Origin: a virus
Lineage: Duplodnaviria; Heunggongvirae; Uroviricota; Caudoviricetes
Length of the DNA: 64,000 nucleotides
Direction: 5' to 3' (one strand)
IMG/VR virus record: IMGVR_UViG_3300012348_000120
A model generated the notes under the pieces. It saw only the letters and a program-made list of their open reading frames with translations, did no database searches and was not told where the DNA came from. Positions 1 to 9,105 of this stretch are shown in pieces (the first letter of the stretch is position 1; every line of letters begins with the position of its first letter). Both the position numbers and the translations under genes were made by a program.

Positions 1-69
1 GTATTGATGTCGCGACGAAAGTCATTGTTTTATTCCTTATTATCTTCTAAAGTTATTTATCTTTTTTCT

Positions 70-1152
70 TCATTTTAGTGATTTTATGGAGTTTATGAAC
101 AGTTTTTTGTCAAACCCCTGCAAATCTGTATCTTTTAGAAGGTCAATGAGTTCATCTAACGATACGTTCATGTTATTTAGCAATGGTTGAACTGGTATGG
201 ATGGGTTTATCTTTTTCATAAATCCCAAGAAACCAATGCCAAGTGCCACGTTTAGTTTGTTTGTGACTTCATTACGAATCGCACCAAGTAGGACACTCTT
301 GAACTGATTTGGATTTATTTGAAATCTACCGCTACTGTTACTGCCAACATTACGAAGGTCACCAAGTGTTTCAACGTCAGTATCGTTCAATGCCTTTATA
401 GCATTATCAAAACGTGCTTTCTTTTTTGCAGCAAGTCTTTCTTTTGGAGTAGAGCCTTTTTGGTCTGGAGACTGCTTGGCATAGAAATATGATGCTGCTT
501 TTTTCTTGTAATGTTCATACTGACGAGGTGTCAGTTTTTTGTAGTTAGAAAATCTACTCATCACACCATCAACAAAGTCTTTTACATTTGTAGCTTCCTC
601 ATCATGAAGATGATGTAGGAATGCCGCATCTATTTCAATGGGATCGGTGTGATAGTTGTATGCATCTGTCTGTTGAGTTCCTACCATCTTATGATAGAAT
701 GATCCAAACTGTCTGCGTTGCATTACGTGCCGTAGTTCATGAACCAAAGTAGTTTCCACTGATTTTGATTTTACTTCGGTGGTGGGTAAGCTACGTGGTT
801 CTGTTTTGAGAATAGCTGGAAGATACAAAACTATATCGTCTAAGTTAGATGCTTCTTGCGATGCAGAATGTGAGTATGCGCCTTTGAGTGAACCAGACGC
901 TCTATTTGCAAATATCAATGGAACATATTGTTCTAAGTATTCGCATAGCATATCAAAAATATCGCCATACTCTTTAAGCTGTTCTCTTACTGAATCTGAA
1001 ATACGTATTTTCATTCTGACAACTTCGTCTGCATCAATTCGATACTGGACGTTGCCAAGAATATCTTTTGCCATCATAGTAAGTGGTGTAAGTATTTTGT
1101 AGTTTGATTCAATGACCAGCATTGGATCAGACTTGAACTCAGAAAGTTTCAT
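70..1152 (-). CDS. hypothetical protein with HExxH zincin-like motif
   Basis: 360 aa; LVHELRHVMQ motif. Confidence 0.55.
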   Translation of the reverse strand: MKLSEFKSDPMLVIESNYKILTPLTMMAKDILGNVQYRIDADEVVRMKIRISDSVREQLKEYGDIFDMLCEYLEQYVPLIFANRASGSLKGAYSHSASQEASNLDDIVLYLPAILKTEPRSLPTTEVKSKSVETTLVHELRHVMQRRQFGSFYHKMVGTQQTDAYNYHTDPIEIDAAFLHHLHDEEATNVKDFVDGVMSRFSNYKKLTPRQYEHYKKKAASYFYAKQSPDQKGSTPKERLAAKKKARFDNAIKALNDTDVETLGDLRNVGSNSSGRFQINPNQFKSVLLGAIRNEVTNKLNVALGIGFLGFMKKINPSIPVQPLLNNMNVSLDELIDLLKDTDLQGFDKKLFINSIKSLK

Positions 1153-1176
1153 ATCATATCTCCAATGCTGGCCTAA

Positions 1177-1701
1177 TTAGTGCTTCATCCCTGCGAGGCG
1201 TTGTAGCCATCCCAAGTCGTCGCGTTCAGATTCGAAAACGAACGTATTCGCTTTCTTATTGTTGCGTAGGCGGGTGTAGATTTCACCTACCTTTCCTGGT
1301 TTTAATGTGCCTACGTCAAACATCACGCCGCCGTTTGTATCATAAACTTTGGCTCCGTCAGTTGTCTTTATCAAGACACCTTCCTGATTGTATTTAGCAC
1401 CCAGTTGAAGCATTTTTTCTTTGAAATCTTCATCACTGCCTTTTGGTGCTATAACAAAAATCGAATCTTCTGCTACATGAACTTCCTGTGGGGTTCCAGG
1501 ATTTTCAATCCAATACCCATCCACGAAGAAAAATCCATATCCTAGCTTTCTTATAGTTGCAGCAAGTTCTTTATTACGACGAACATTTTCTTCTCTGTCA
1601 TGCTCACTACGAAATGCAGTTAGAAGTGCAATCGGGCGATCAGATTCAGCATGTTGCCATACGCGACTTAGACTTGCTTCTGAAATCATTTTATTATTCA
1701 T
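1177..1701 (-). CDS. conserved hypothetical jumbo-phage protein
   Basis: 174 aa ORF with RBS; EASLSRV...TAFR start. Confidence 0.6.
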   Translation of the reverse strand: MNNKMISEASLSRVWQHAESDRPIALLTAFRSEHDREENVRRNKELAATIRKLGYGFFFVDGYWIENPGTPQEVHVAEDSIFVIAPKGSDEDFKEKMLQLGAKYNQEGVLIKTTDGAKVYDTNGGVMFDVGTLKPGKVGEIYTRLRNNKKANTFVFESERDDLGWLQRLAGMKH

Positions 1702-1748
1702 TTGTATAACTCCGACAATATACTCTTATTTATCTTATAAATATTCAT

Positions 1749-2033
1749 ATGTTCATATATATTATCGGTTCATCAGACAAACAAAAAATTGGAATAAGTG
1801 CAGACGTTTCCAAACGTCTCAAATCATTACAAACTGGAAATCCAGAACAACTTATTATTCATCACACGGTTGAGGTTCCAGATGATAGAGCATACATTAT
1901 GGAACAAAAGATACACCGAGAACTATCTCACTTACGTATGAAAGGTGAATGGTTTCGTATGACGCCTTCAATGGCAAAATCACAACTAAACTTTGCGATT
2001 ATACGTTGGCTTGATGATCCATTGCTGGATTAG
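1749..2033 (+). CDS. GIY-YIG-like (T5orf172/MUG113) nuclease domain protein
   Basis: FIYII...KIGIS...RLKSLQTGNP...E..IH...GEWF. Confidence 0.8.
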   Translation: MFIYIIGSSDKQKIGISADVSKRLKSLQTGNPEQLIIHHTVEVPDDRAYIMEQKIHRELSHLRMKGEWFRMTPSMAKSQLNFAIIRWLDDPLLD

Positions 2034-2284
2034 CCAAAGTAGAACAGTTCTACTTTTGATTCGACACGTTCTTGATAAACCTCAACAGGCGCACGATCTA
2101 CTACGATCAAACTTTTATCCTCTAAATCTTTGAGGTATAGTTCAATGTAGTCTTTTCCATCTTCATTCACTATTAGCAAAAATGAAGAATATCGGTCCTT
2201 GTATGATTCGGTAAGTTTATCAAGACGGTCAAGCAGCATTTTACCAAGAAAATCTGCACGGGCATCAATAACGTTGGATTTCAT
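2030..2284 (-). CDS. hypothetical protein
   Basis: 84 aa ORF in operon orientation. Confidence 0.55.
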   Translation of the reverse strand: MKSNVIDARADFLGKMLLDRLDKLTESYKDRYSSFLLIVNEDGKDYIELYLKDLEDKSLIVVDRAPVEVYQERVESKVELFYFG

Positions 2285-2293
2285 TTTTTCACT

Positions 2294-2830
2294 TTACTGG
2301 AAGTTGACGAACACGATACCGTCTTTGATTTGACGTTTTTTGTCTTTGCTTTCTTGGTATATTTCTTGTAGTTCGTAGAATCTACATATCAGCCCACTTG
2401 CGATTTCGTAGTCTCTGTTTACGTCAATACTGAGTTGAATGCTGTCAACGATGAAGTCGGACTGCTCTTTCAGTGAGTGTTGGAATATATCTATTTCTTC
2501 TTCCGTTGTCAAGTCAGAAAGTTCACTTCTAAACTCATGAGCGACTTGTAAGTCTTGTGGCAAAATGCTGTCATGAAAGTCTGCGTCCACGCCATGAAGT
2601 TGAACTATGTATCGTGCTCGTTCAATAGGATTGAGCAAAGTATGATATGCTCTACCAGCGAAAGACAACCGATCTCTTGTTATGAACGAATTGTCATTGG
2701 ACAAAAACGCGACCACTTTCTTGTAGTGAGAGGTTAGGCTTCTCACACTTATCGCAAACTTTTCTTCCATATTGAAGAACTCAAAATAGTTTTTTGAGTC
2801 GAAGTTGTATGTTTTTTTAGTCCCTGACAT
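2294..2830 (-). CDS. HscB/Hsc20-like J-domain co-chaperone (degenerate HPD)
   Basis: NYFEFF...AYHTLLNPIERARYIV resembles HscB N-terminus; no HPD tripeptide visible. Confidence 0.6.
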   Translation of the reverse strand: MSGTKKTYNFDSKNYFEFFNMEEKFAISVRSLTSHYKKVVAFLSNDNSFITRDRLSFAGRAYHTLLNPIERARYIVQLHGVDADFHDSILPQDLQVAHEFRSELSDLTTEEEIDIFQHSLKEQSDFIVDSIQLSIDVNRDYEIASGLICRFYELQEIYQESKDKKRQIKDGIVFVNFQ

Positions 2831-2856
2831 TTTTTACCTATATACGTATTTGTTCA

Positions 2857-2885
2857 ATAATAACTGATTCTATCCTGAGAGTCAA
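2857..2885 (-). promoter_or_regulatory. sigma70-like promoter, variant with GAATC in spacer
   Basis: TTGACT-ctcaggat-AGAATCA-gt-TATTAT (17-nt spacer). Confidence 0.5.
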
Positions 2886-3340
2886 GAAATTTTCTGCTTC
2901 GGAGTGAGATCATGATACGGGCGAAGTTTCGGATCAGTCTTCAATGTCTCGTTGAACACAAGTCCATATCTCCATCCAGCATCAACTTGCTGCTGTATCC
3001 ATCGGTTATGCTTTATCATTGCTAAGTCTTGGTCGCCTTCACAATTAGGCAAATCGAATCGTTCCGTTGTAGTGACTTCCATTTCGTAGTCTGAATCCGT
3101 CCAGTTATTCAATATGTCAAGTATCGTTTCTGCTTCCGCTTCATCAACATTTCTTACGAAATTGAAATCATATATATGCTTTCCGCTTCTTGAACGATAT
3201 ATAACGGCAGTTCCTTCTTCTGTCGGAGAAAATACGTTTGGCAACGACTGTTTGAATACTTTTATCAATCCCTTGACATCATGTTTGTCAAGAGGATCGT
3301 CAAAACTAATTCGTAAATAATGTTTGAAACTCGTTGCCAT
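2882..3340 (-). CDS. RyR (ryanodine receptor repeat) domain protein
   Basis: HNRWIQQQVDAGWRYG...KTDPKLRPYHDL. Confidence 0.75.
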   Translation of the reverse strand: MATSFKHYLRISFDDPLDKHDVKGLIKVFKQSLPNVFSPTEEGTAVIYRSRSGKHIYDFNFVRNVDEAEAETILDILNNWTDSDYEMEVTTTERFDLPNCEGDQDLAMIKHNRWIQQQVDAGWRYGLVFNETLKTDPKLRPYHDLTPKQKIS

Positions 3341-3348
3341 AATAATCC

Positions 3349-3672
3349 TTAGTTATCTCTTGTGTCATTCACAGATGAACTACTTCCTGTCGGTGTTGTA
3401 GACATTGATATGTTCTCAAATGTCGGCATTGATGTAGTGTGTTGTGTTGGAGTTCCACTAATATATAATCCAAACCATGCTGCACCAACTCCCACCAACA
3501 CAGATACTAATCCAGCTTGTTGAGTGTTTGGGTCTGGTATTAGCATAAACCATTGAACAACACTATACAGTAGATATATGTAAACCGATAAAAACACCCT
3601 CGGAAACACTCTCCACTTATCAAAATATTCTGGTGCCAACCAGATAATCATTGCCATCTTAGACCATTTCAT
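3349..3672 (-). CDS. two-TM membrane protein (holin-like candidate)
   Basis: DKWRVFPR plus two hydrophobic helices. Confidence 0.55.
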   Translation of the reverse strand: MKWSKMAMIIWLAPEYFDKWRVFPRVFLSVYIYLLYSVVQWFMLIPDPNTQQAGLVSVLVGVGAAWFGLYISGTPTQHTTSMPTFENISMSTTPTGSSSSVNDTRDN

Positions 3673-3709
3673 TTGCGTCTCCTAATATCTCTCTGAATGT
3701 ATTTATCCA

Positions 3710-3741
3710 AAAAGAAAGGGGAGCCTTTCGGCCCCCCTCCC
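3710..3741 (-). terminator. intrinsic terminator after the fibre gene
   Basis: GC-rich GAAA-loop hairpin followed by a T-rich tract on the minus strand. Confidence 0.6.
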
Positions 3742-3764
3742 GTATTAGTCAAACTTAGCGACTA

Positions 3765-6700
3765 TTATAGCTGAACGTATTCAACTGTTACTAGTGCTGC
3801 GCCTGCTGTTGCTGCTGAAACTAGAGAGATAGTTGCACCTGCTGCTGTAGCTGTTGCGAATGGTAGTTCTGCAACGTAGGTTCCAACTACATCTTCTTCG
3901 ATTTCTGCTGCTGACATTAGAGTATTTGTAGCATCAGAGATTGACACTTCTGCGTCATATGCTGATGTAACTTTTACTGTAATGCGTGAAACATAGTAGG
4001 TTTTGCCAGATACGTTCACGATTGAGCCGATTGAGCCTGATGTGCCCATTGTTGCGCGTAGAACGAAGGAGTTCTTGTTTGCAACTGCTGCATCTGCATA
4101 ATCTTGCATATCGGCTGTGTAGCCTGAATCTGCTAGGTATGCTGCAACGCGACCGTCTGTGTAGTATAGGTTGACTGAACCTTCTGCTAGTGCATCAGTG
4201 TCGTGGTTTGAAATGTCTGAAACTGTTCCAGTTACGTCACCAGTTAGATCACCAATGAAGTTTGCTGCAACGAAGTCTTCTGTTCCAACAGTCCAACGAT
4301 CAGTTGTTTCGTCCCATACAAGAGAAACATTTGTTGATGTTCCACGCTCAACTTCGATACCAGCGTCCTGTGATGGAGCACCAGTCAAGTTTGAGTTTAG
4401 AACGATTGTGTTGTCTGCTAGAGCGATAGTTTCAGTATTAACAGTGGTTGTTGTTCCTGCAACGATTAGGTTACCTGAGATTGTTACGTCTGCTGCGGTA
4501 ATGTCGTTTGAGAACAATGTTCCGTTGACAGTAACATCATTGAATGTTACGTCTGAGGTTGTTTCAACTGCCTGACCGATTGAGAATTCACCCGCTGAGT
4601 AGTGAACGCCTGTTCCTGCTGATAGGTGAGCACGAACTTCTGATGCTGATGGACCTGTGTAGGTGAATGCGCCTGTTGCTGAGTCATATGAGAATGAACC
4701 ATCGCCGCCTGCGTCAACTGCACTTAGTAGACCCTTGATGTATGCAGCATGGTTAGTAATGTCAGAAATCTGACCTGTTACGTCACCTGTTAGGTCTGCA
4801 TATACGTTGTTAGCATAAACGTTGTTCCACTCTTTTGAAGCAGTACCTAGATCGAATGTGCCTGTAACGTCTGGAATGAAGTCTGATGCTACGTCTGCAT
4901 TGAACTCAACATAATCTGTATCTGCGTCACCTACGATTAGGTTGCCTGATAGTGTCATGTTGTTACCATAGATGTTTGCTGAGAATGTTGCATCTCCTGC
5001 TACGGTTAGAGAACCGTTTACATCTAGGTTACCATCAACAGTTGCGTTTCCAGTAGCAGTTAGGTTGCCTGATAGTGCTGCTGAATTACCATTGACGGTT
5101 AGTGTTCCGCCGATGATCGCATCACCATTCTGACGAACTTCAAATAGCTTCAGTGCGTCTGATGAAACAACTTCAAATACGTTTGCAACGTTTGATCCTA
5201 GTGCTTTTGTTGCATTTGATTCTACAGTTACTAGTTGTGATAGAACTGTATTACCAACTACTTCTAGATCACCAGTCATAGTCATTACGTTTGCATTGAT
5301 GTTTGCTAGGAATGTAGCATCACCAGAAACAGTAATACCGCCGTCAACAGTTGCGTTTCCACCAATGTGAACATCGCCCGCAAATGAGGACTGTCCTGTT
5401 CCATTTACTGTTAGAACGCCACCAATGACTGTATCGCCGTTTTGCATAACTTGGAATAGTTTATCGTCGCCAGATGCATCTGAAACTTCAAATACTGCTG
5501 TTGTTGATGAACCTAGACCAGTTACGTCTGACTTGATGGTCACTTTTTCTGATAGGATTGTATCACCAGCAACGGTTAGGTTGCCTGATAGTGACATTGT
5601 ATTACCAGTGATGTTTGCTTGGAATGTTGAACCGCCTGTAACAGTCAACGCGCCACCAACTGTAATATTACCAGTTGCTGTTACGTTTGCAAATGTTACG
5701 CTGTCAGTTGTTCCAACTGCTTGACCGATTGAGAACTGACCGTTTGAGTAAGAAACGCCTGTTCCTGCTGATAGGTGAGCGCGAACTTCTGCTGCTGATG
5801 GACCAGTGTATGAGATTACACCAGTTGATGAGTTGTATGATAGAGAACCATCACCACCGTTATCAGTTACAGAAATTGCCGCACGTGCACGTGCGTCTGT
5901 GTAGTATAGGTTTGAACCTTCGTCGATGTCATCAGTGTCAACATTAACATTGACCCACTTTGAGCCGTTATACATTAGAAGATCGCCAGAAGCAGATGAT
6001 GTTAGGGTAACGTCATTTAGCTCTGATAGTGCGTCTTTTCCTGCTGCTACAGTAGTAATGTATGCACGTAGGTCGGTGTCTAGTGTTGAGATTTCACCGT
6101 CAGTGTAGGTGTTTGCATCTGCTTCTGCTTGGTCAGCGTATGACTGATATGCAGTTGTGATAGCAACTTCACGTGCATCTGTATATGCGTTTGCATCTGC
6201 TTCTGCTTTTGCAATTGAACCTTCTACGTTTGCAGCGCCTTCAATGATGTCTAGACGACCGTCTAGTGCATTTTCTGCGTTTGTTGCACGTGTTACTTCG
6301 TCAGCTAGATCATTTGTTAGAACTAGTTCTGCTGCCATTGCACGTGTTACTTCGTCAGCTAGATCATTTGTTAGAACTAGTTCTGCTGCCATTGCGCGTG
6401 TTTCTTCAGCATCAATGTTGTTTTGTAGAGTTGTATCGTTGTTGGAGCGTGTTGTTGCTTCTGCATCGATGTTGTCCTGTAGAACGCCATCTGCTGCTAG
6501 ACGTGTTGCTGCTTCTGATGCTAGATCGTTTGTTAGTGTGGTATCTGCTGCCTTATATGCAGTATCAACTGCTTTTAGTGCTGCGTCTAGTTTGTTGTCT
6601 GCATCTTTTAGAGATACTGCGTCTGCGATATAGTTCGCCAAAGCGTTTGCAGTGTAGCCACCATCGGTGCCTAGACCTGCGCCAGCCTGTGTTGCATCTA

Positions 6701-6938
6701 GTTCTGCTTGAACTGCTGCTGAGTCTGAACCTGACTTTGAATCAACATATGCTTTTGACGCTGCGTCATTTGCATGTGCTGGTGTGGTAGCAACGCGGAT
6801 GTTGTCTAGTGTGGAACCGTCAGCCTGTGTTACTTTGAATACTGAGTTACCAGCATCATATACAACACGGCCACCAGCTTTACCAAACTGAACGTCAGCG
6901 GAAATACCAGATAGACCGAAATTCTTGATATTAGCCAT
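3765..6938 (-). CDS. large virion structural / tail-fibre-like protein
   Basis: Gly/Thr/Asn-rich beta repeats and an N-terminal coiled coil; start moved to MANIKNF (AGGAG RBS). Confidence 0.7.
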   Translation of the reverse strand: MANIKNFGLSGISADVQFGKAGGRVVYDAGNSVFKVTQADGSTLDNIRVATTPAHANDAASKAYVDSKSGSDSAAVQAELDATQAGAGLGTDGGYTANALANYIADAVSLKDADNKLDAALKAVDTAYKAADTTLTNDLASEAATRLAADGVLQDNIDAEATTRSNNDTTLQNNIDAEETRAMAAELVLTNDLADEVTRAMAAELVLTNDLADEVTRATNAENALDGRLDIIEGAANVEGSIAKAEADANAYTDAREVAITTAYQSYADQAEADANTYTDGEISTLDTDLRAYITTVAAGKDALSELNDVTLTSSASGDLLMYNGSKWVNVNVDTDDIDEGSNLYYTDARARAAISVTDNGGDGSLSYNSSTGVISYTGPSAAEVRAHLSAGTGVSYSNGQFSIGQAVGTTDSVTFANVTATGNITVGGALTVTGGSTFQANITGNTMSLSGNLTVAGDTILSEKVTIKSDVTGLGSSTTAVFEVSDASGDDKLFQVMQNGDTVIGGVLTVNGTGQSSFAGDVHIGGNATVDGGITVSGDATFLANINANVMTMTGDLEVVGNTVLSQLVTVESNATKALGSNVANVFEVVSSDALKLFEVRQNGDAIIGGTLTVNGNSAALSGNLTATGNATVDGNLDVNGSLTVAGDATFSANIYGNNMTLSGNLIVGDADTDYVEFNADVASDFIPDVTGTFDLGTASKEWNNVYANNVYADLTGDVTGQISDITNHAAYIKGLLSAVDAGGDGSFSYDSATGAFTYTGPSASEVRAHLSAGTGVHYSAGEFSIGQAVETTSDVTFNDVTVNGTLFSNDITAADVTISGNLIVAGTTTTVNTETIALADNTIVLNSNLTGAPSQDAGIEVERGTSTNVSLVWDETTDRWTVGTEDFVAANFIGDLTGDVTGTVSDISNHDTDALAEGSVNLYYTDGRVAAYLADSGYTADMQDYADAAVANKNSFVLRATMGTSGSIGSIVNVSGKTYYVSRITVKVTSAYDAEVSISDATNTLMSAAEIEEDVVGTYVAELPFATATAAGATISLVSAATAGAALVTVEYVQL
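6286..6395. repeat. 54-bp tandem repeat (2 copies) in the coiled-coil region
   Basis: Encodes AMAAELVLTNDLADEVTR twice. Confidence 0.9.
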
Positions 6939-7095
6939 TAATTGTCTCCTTAAAAAAGCTATAATGGATGAAAAAAGCAAATCTGACGATCAGATTTGCT
7001 TTCATATACTCTGGGATAAACATCAGAGTGTAAGGGTTGTTTCCTCTCCCTACATATGTATTTATTAAACGCTTAAAAAATATAATATTCGGACA

Positions 7096-9099
7096 TTATA
7101 CATACGTTACTGTTATTTTTATTTCGCCACTTGTGGAACCATTATGTGCCAAGGTAGCTATGATATTAATTTCTTCTTCGCCGTCATAGTGGAAATCAGG
7201 AGTTAGATTGTATGATCCAATATTTTCAAGATCAATCAATGCATCACTCACAAGTTCTGATATATTACCATCTATACCGATATTTAGCGTTGGAGCACTA
7301 GAATAGCCATCAAATGGGGTAATAACCTCAACGAGTGCACTGACTACACGAGAGTGAGGACTGATGCGTCCCATCTCAATAACTTCAATGTCGCCGTCAA
7401 CTTGTGAAGGCATCACATATATATGATGTAGTGAGTTTGCGTCAGTTGCGGCACTGTCTTCTGTTGCAATTACTATCCATGCTGAACCATTCCATATGTA
7501 TAGACCCCATTCGTCTTGGCCAGCATTTAGGACATATGCTTGGTCACCAACCAACACATTTGACAATGCATCACGTGCTACAATATCAGATACAACAGTA
7601 ATTCCAGCTTTACGGATTCCTTGCTCAATGTCCATTCCGATTGTGTATGAACCATTGTGGCCCGATACTATTCCAAAATCTTCACAAGGTGTTCCCTCAA
7701 CGTTGCTTAGGATTATTTCGCCGCCATCGTTACGAGTCAAAACTAGTATCTTATCAATTGATGCAGCATATGAAGTGCCAAGTGATGAAATGGAATTTGG
7801 ACCAGCGAATGGATTTCCGTTTACGTCATTTGTTTGGTTGACTATAGTGATCGAACCCCCCTGTGTTTCTGTGATATATAGTTTTCCGCCAGAAGCTCTA
7901 GCTGATATATTGGGAATGTTTGCGGCAAGAATGTCTGCCACCATATCTTCTGCCACTGCAACGTTTTGCGAATACTCTGCATTTCCAGCAACCGTGGTAG
8001 TGAAGTTTACAGTTGTTCCATTTATTATTGCAGAAAATGGTGGGTATCCTCCAACCAATCCATATATAGAAGGATATGATACTGCATCAGATGACGCCTC
8101 TGTATATGGACTCTGAATAGATGATTCGACTTTGTGTTGTGATGTCAAACTGTTTATATTAGTTGTAACACTGTCTATATCGGTATTTGAAATATTTACA
8201 TTTATTCCATTGATTTCGATTATGCTTCCTGCTACTGTAGTTGCATTCAGAACTTTGCCTCTTACTGTGCTTGGCACTGCATTGCAGATATTCAAGAATA
8301 TAGCTGCGCCAGATGGTTCAGTTGTTAAGTCACCAGAGCCATCAGTTGATGCATAAACAAAATCTCCTGCACTTCCTGGGAGTGCTAGTGAAAAATCAAT
8401 AGTTCCGTTCATTGGTCTAATCATAAACTTGTGTGGACCAGGACCGACATGCGTAACAGTTCCGATTAGTTTGTCCAAATTTGAATCTGAAGACAATTCG
8501 TAAACTCCAAGATCGGAAAGTCCTATTACGTCACCGACTTCAAAGTTATGGTTTTCTTTTTCTAATACAAAGTGAGCACGTGGGTTTAGATACTTAAAAC
8601 GAGAGTTTACGTTCGCATAAAAATCGCTAGACACAATTCCTAATGGAAGAGGGTCTATCATAGGGTCACCAAATTCGTTCAATTCAAATATTACTGCTTG
8701 ACCTGGGACCGTGAATATACCAATACCTGTGGCATTTCTAAAAGTGTTATATCTTAGAATGTCTTCTACAACGCATACCGCACTTGTTTCTGTCTTTTCT
8801 GTAATGCTGACGATTTGCAAGGCTTTTCCATCCGTTGCCCCTGCAATAAAATCACCTACTAGAATGTCCAATCCGTCATACTTGAATGGTGTTCTTGTGC
8901 GATGTGAACCATGTGATATTTGGTTCACGGAAATGGTCAATTCCCAACGATACGGTTTTGGGTTTGCACCGCCACTCCACCACTTATCTCCCAATCCGTC
9001 ATCATAAATCCAATATTCTTTCATTGTCATATTGGTGACGGTGACTGGTAAAACTTTTGCCGGAACGTTTAGATCGGTTGAACTTGTTTTCATTGTCAT
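7096..9099 (-). CDS. virion structural protein
   Basis: 667 aa, beta-rich; C-terminus resembles that of the adjacent fibre gene. Confidence 0.6.
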   Translation of the reverse strand: MTMKTSSTDLNVPAKVLPVTVTNMTMKEYWIYDDGLGDKWWSGGANPKPYRWELTISVNQISHGSHRTRTPFKYDGLDILVGDFIAGATDGKALQIVSITEKTETSAVCVVEDILRYNTFRNATGIGIFTVPGQAVIFELNEFGDPMIDPLPLGIVSSDFYANVNSRFKYLNPRAHFVLEKENHNFEVGDVIGLSDLGVYELSSDSNLDKLIGTVTHVGPGPHKFMIRPMNGTIDFSLALPGSAGDFVYASTDGSGDLTTEPSGAAIFLNICNAVPSTVRGKVLNATTVAGSIIEINGINVNISNTDIDSVTTNINSLTSQHKVESSIQSPYTEASSDAVSYPSIYGLVGGYPPFSAIINGTTVNFTTTVAGNAEYSQNVAVAEDMVADILAANIPNISARASGGKLYITETQGGSITIVNQTNDVNGNPFAGPNSISSLGTSYAASIDKILVLTRNDGGEIILSNVEGTPCEDFGIVSGHNGSYTIGMDIEQGIRKAGITVVSDIVARDALSNVLVGDQAYVLNAGQDEWGLYIWNGSAWIVIATEDSAATDANSLHHIYVMPSQVDGDIEVIEMGRISPHSRVVSALVEVITPFDGYSSAPTLNIGIDGNISELVSDALIDLENIGSYNLTPDFHYDGEEEINIIATLAHNGSTSGEIKITVTYV

Positions 9100-9105
9100 A
9101 TATCC

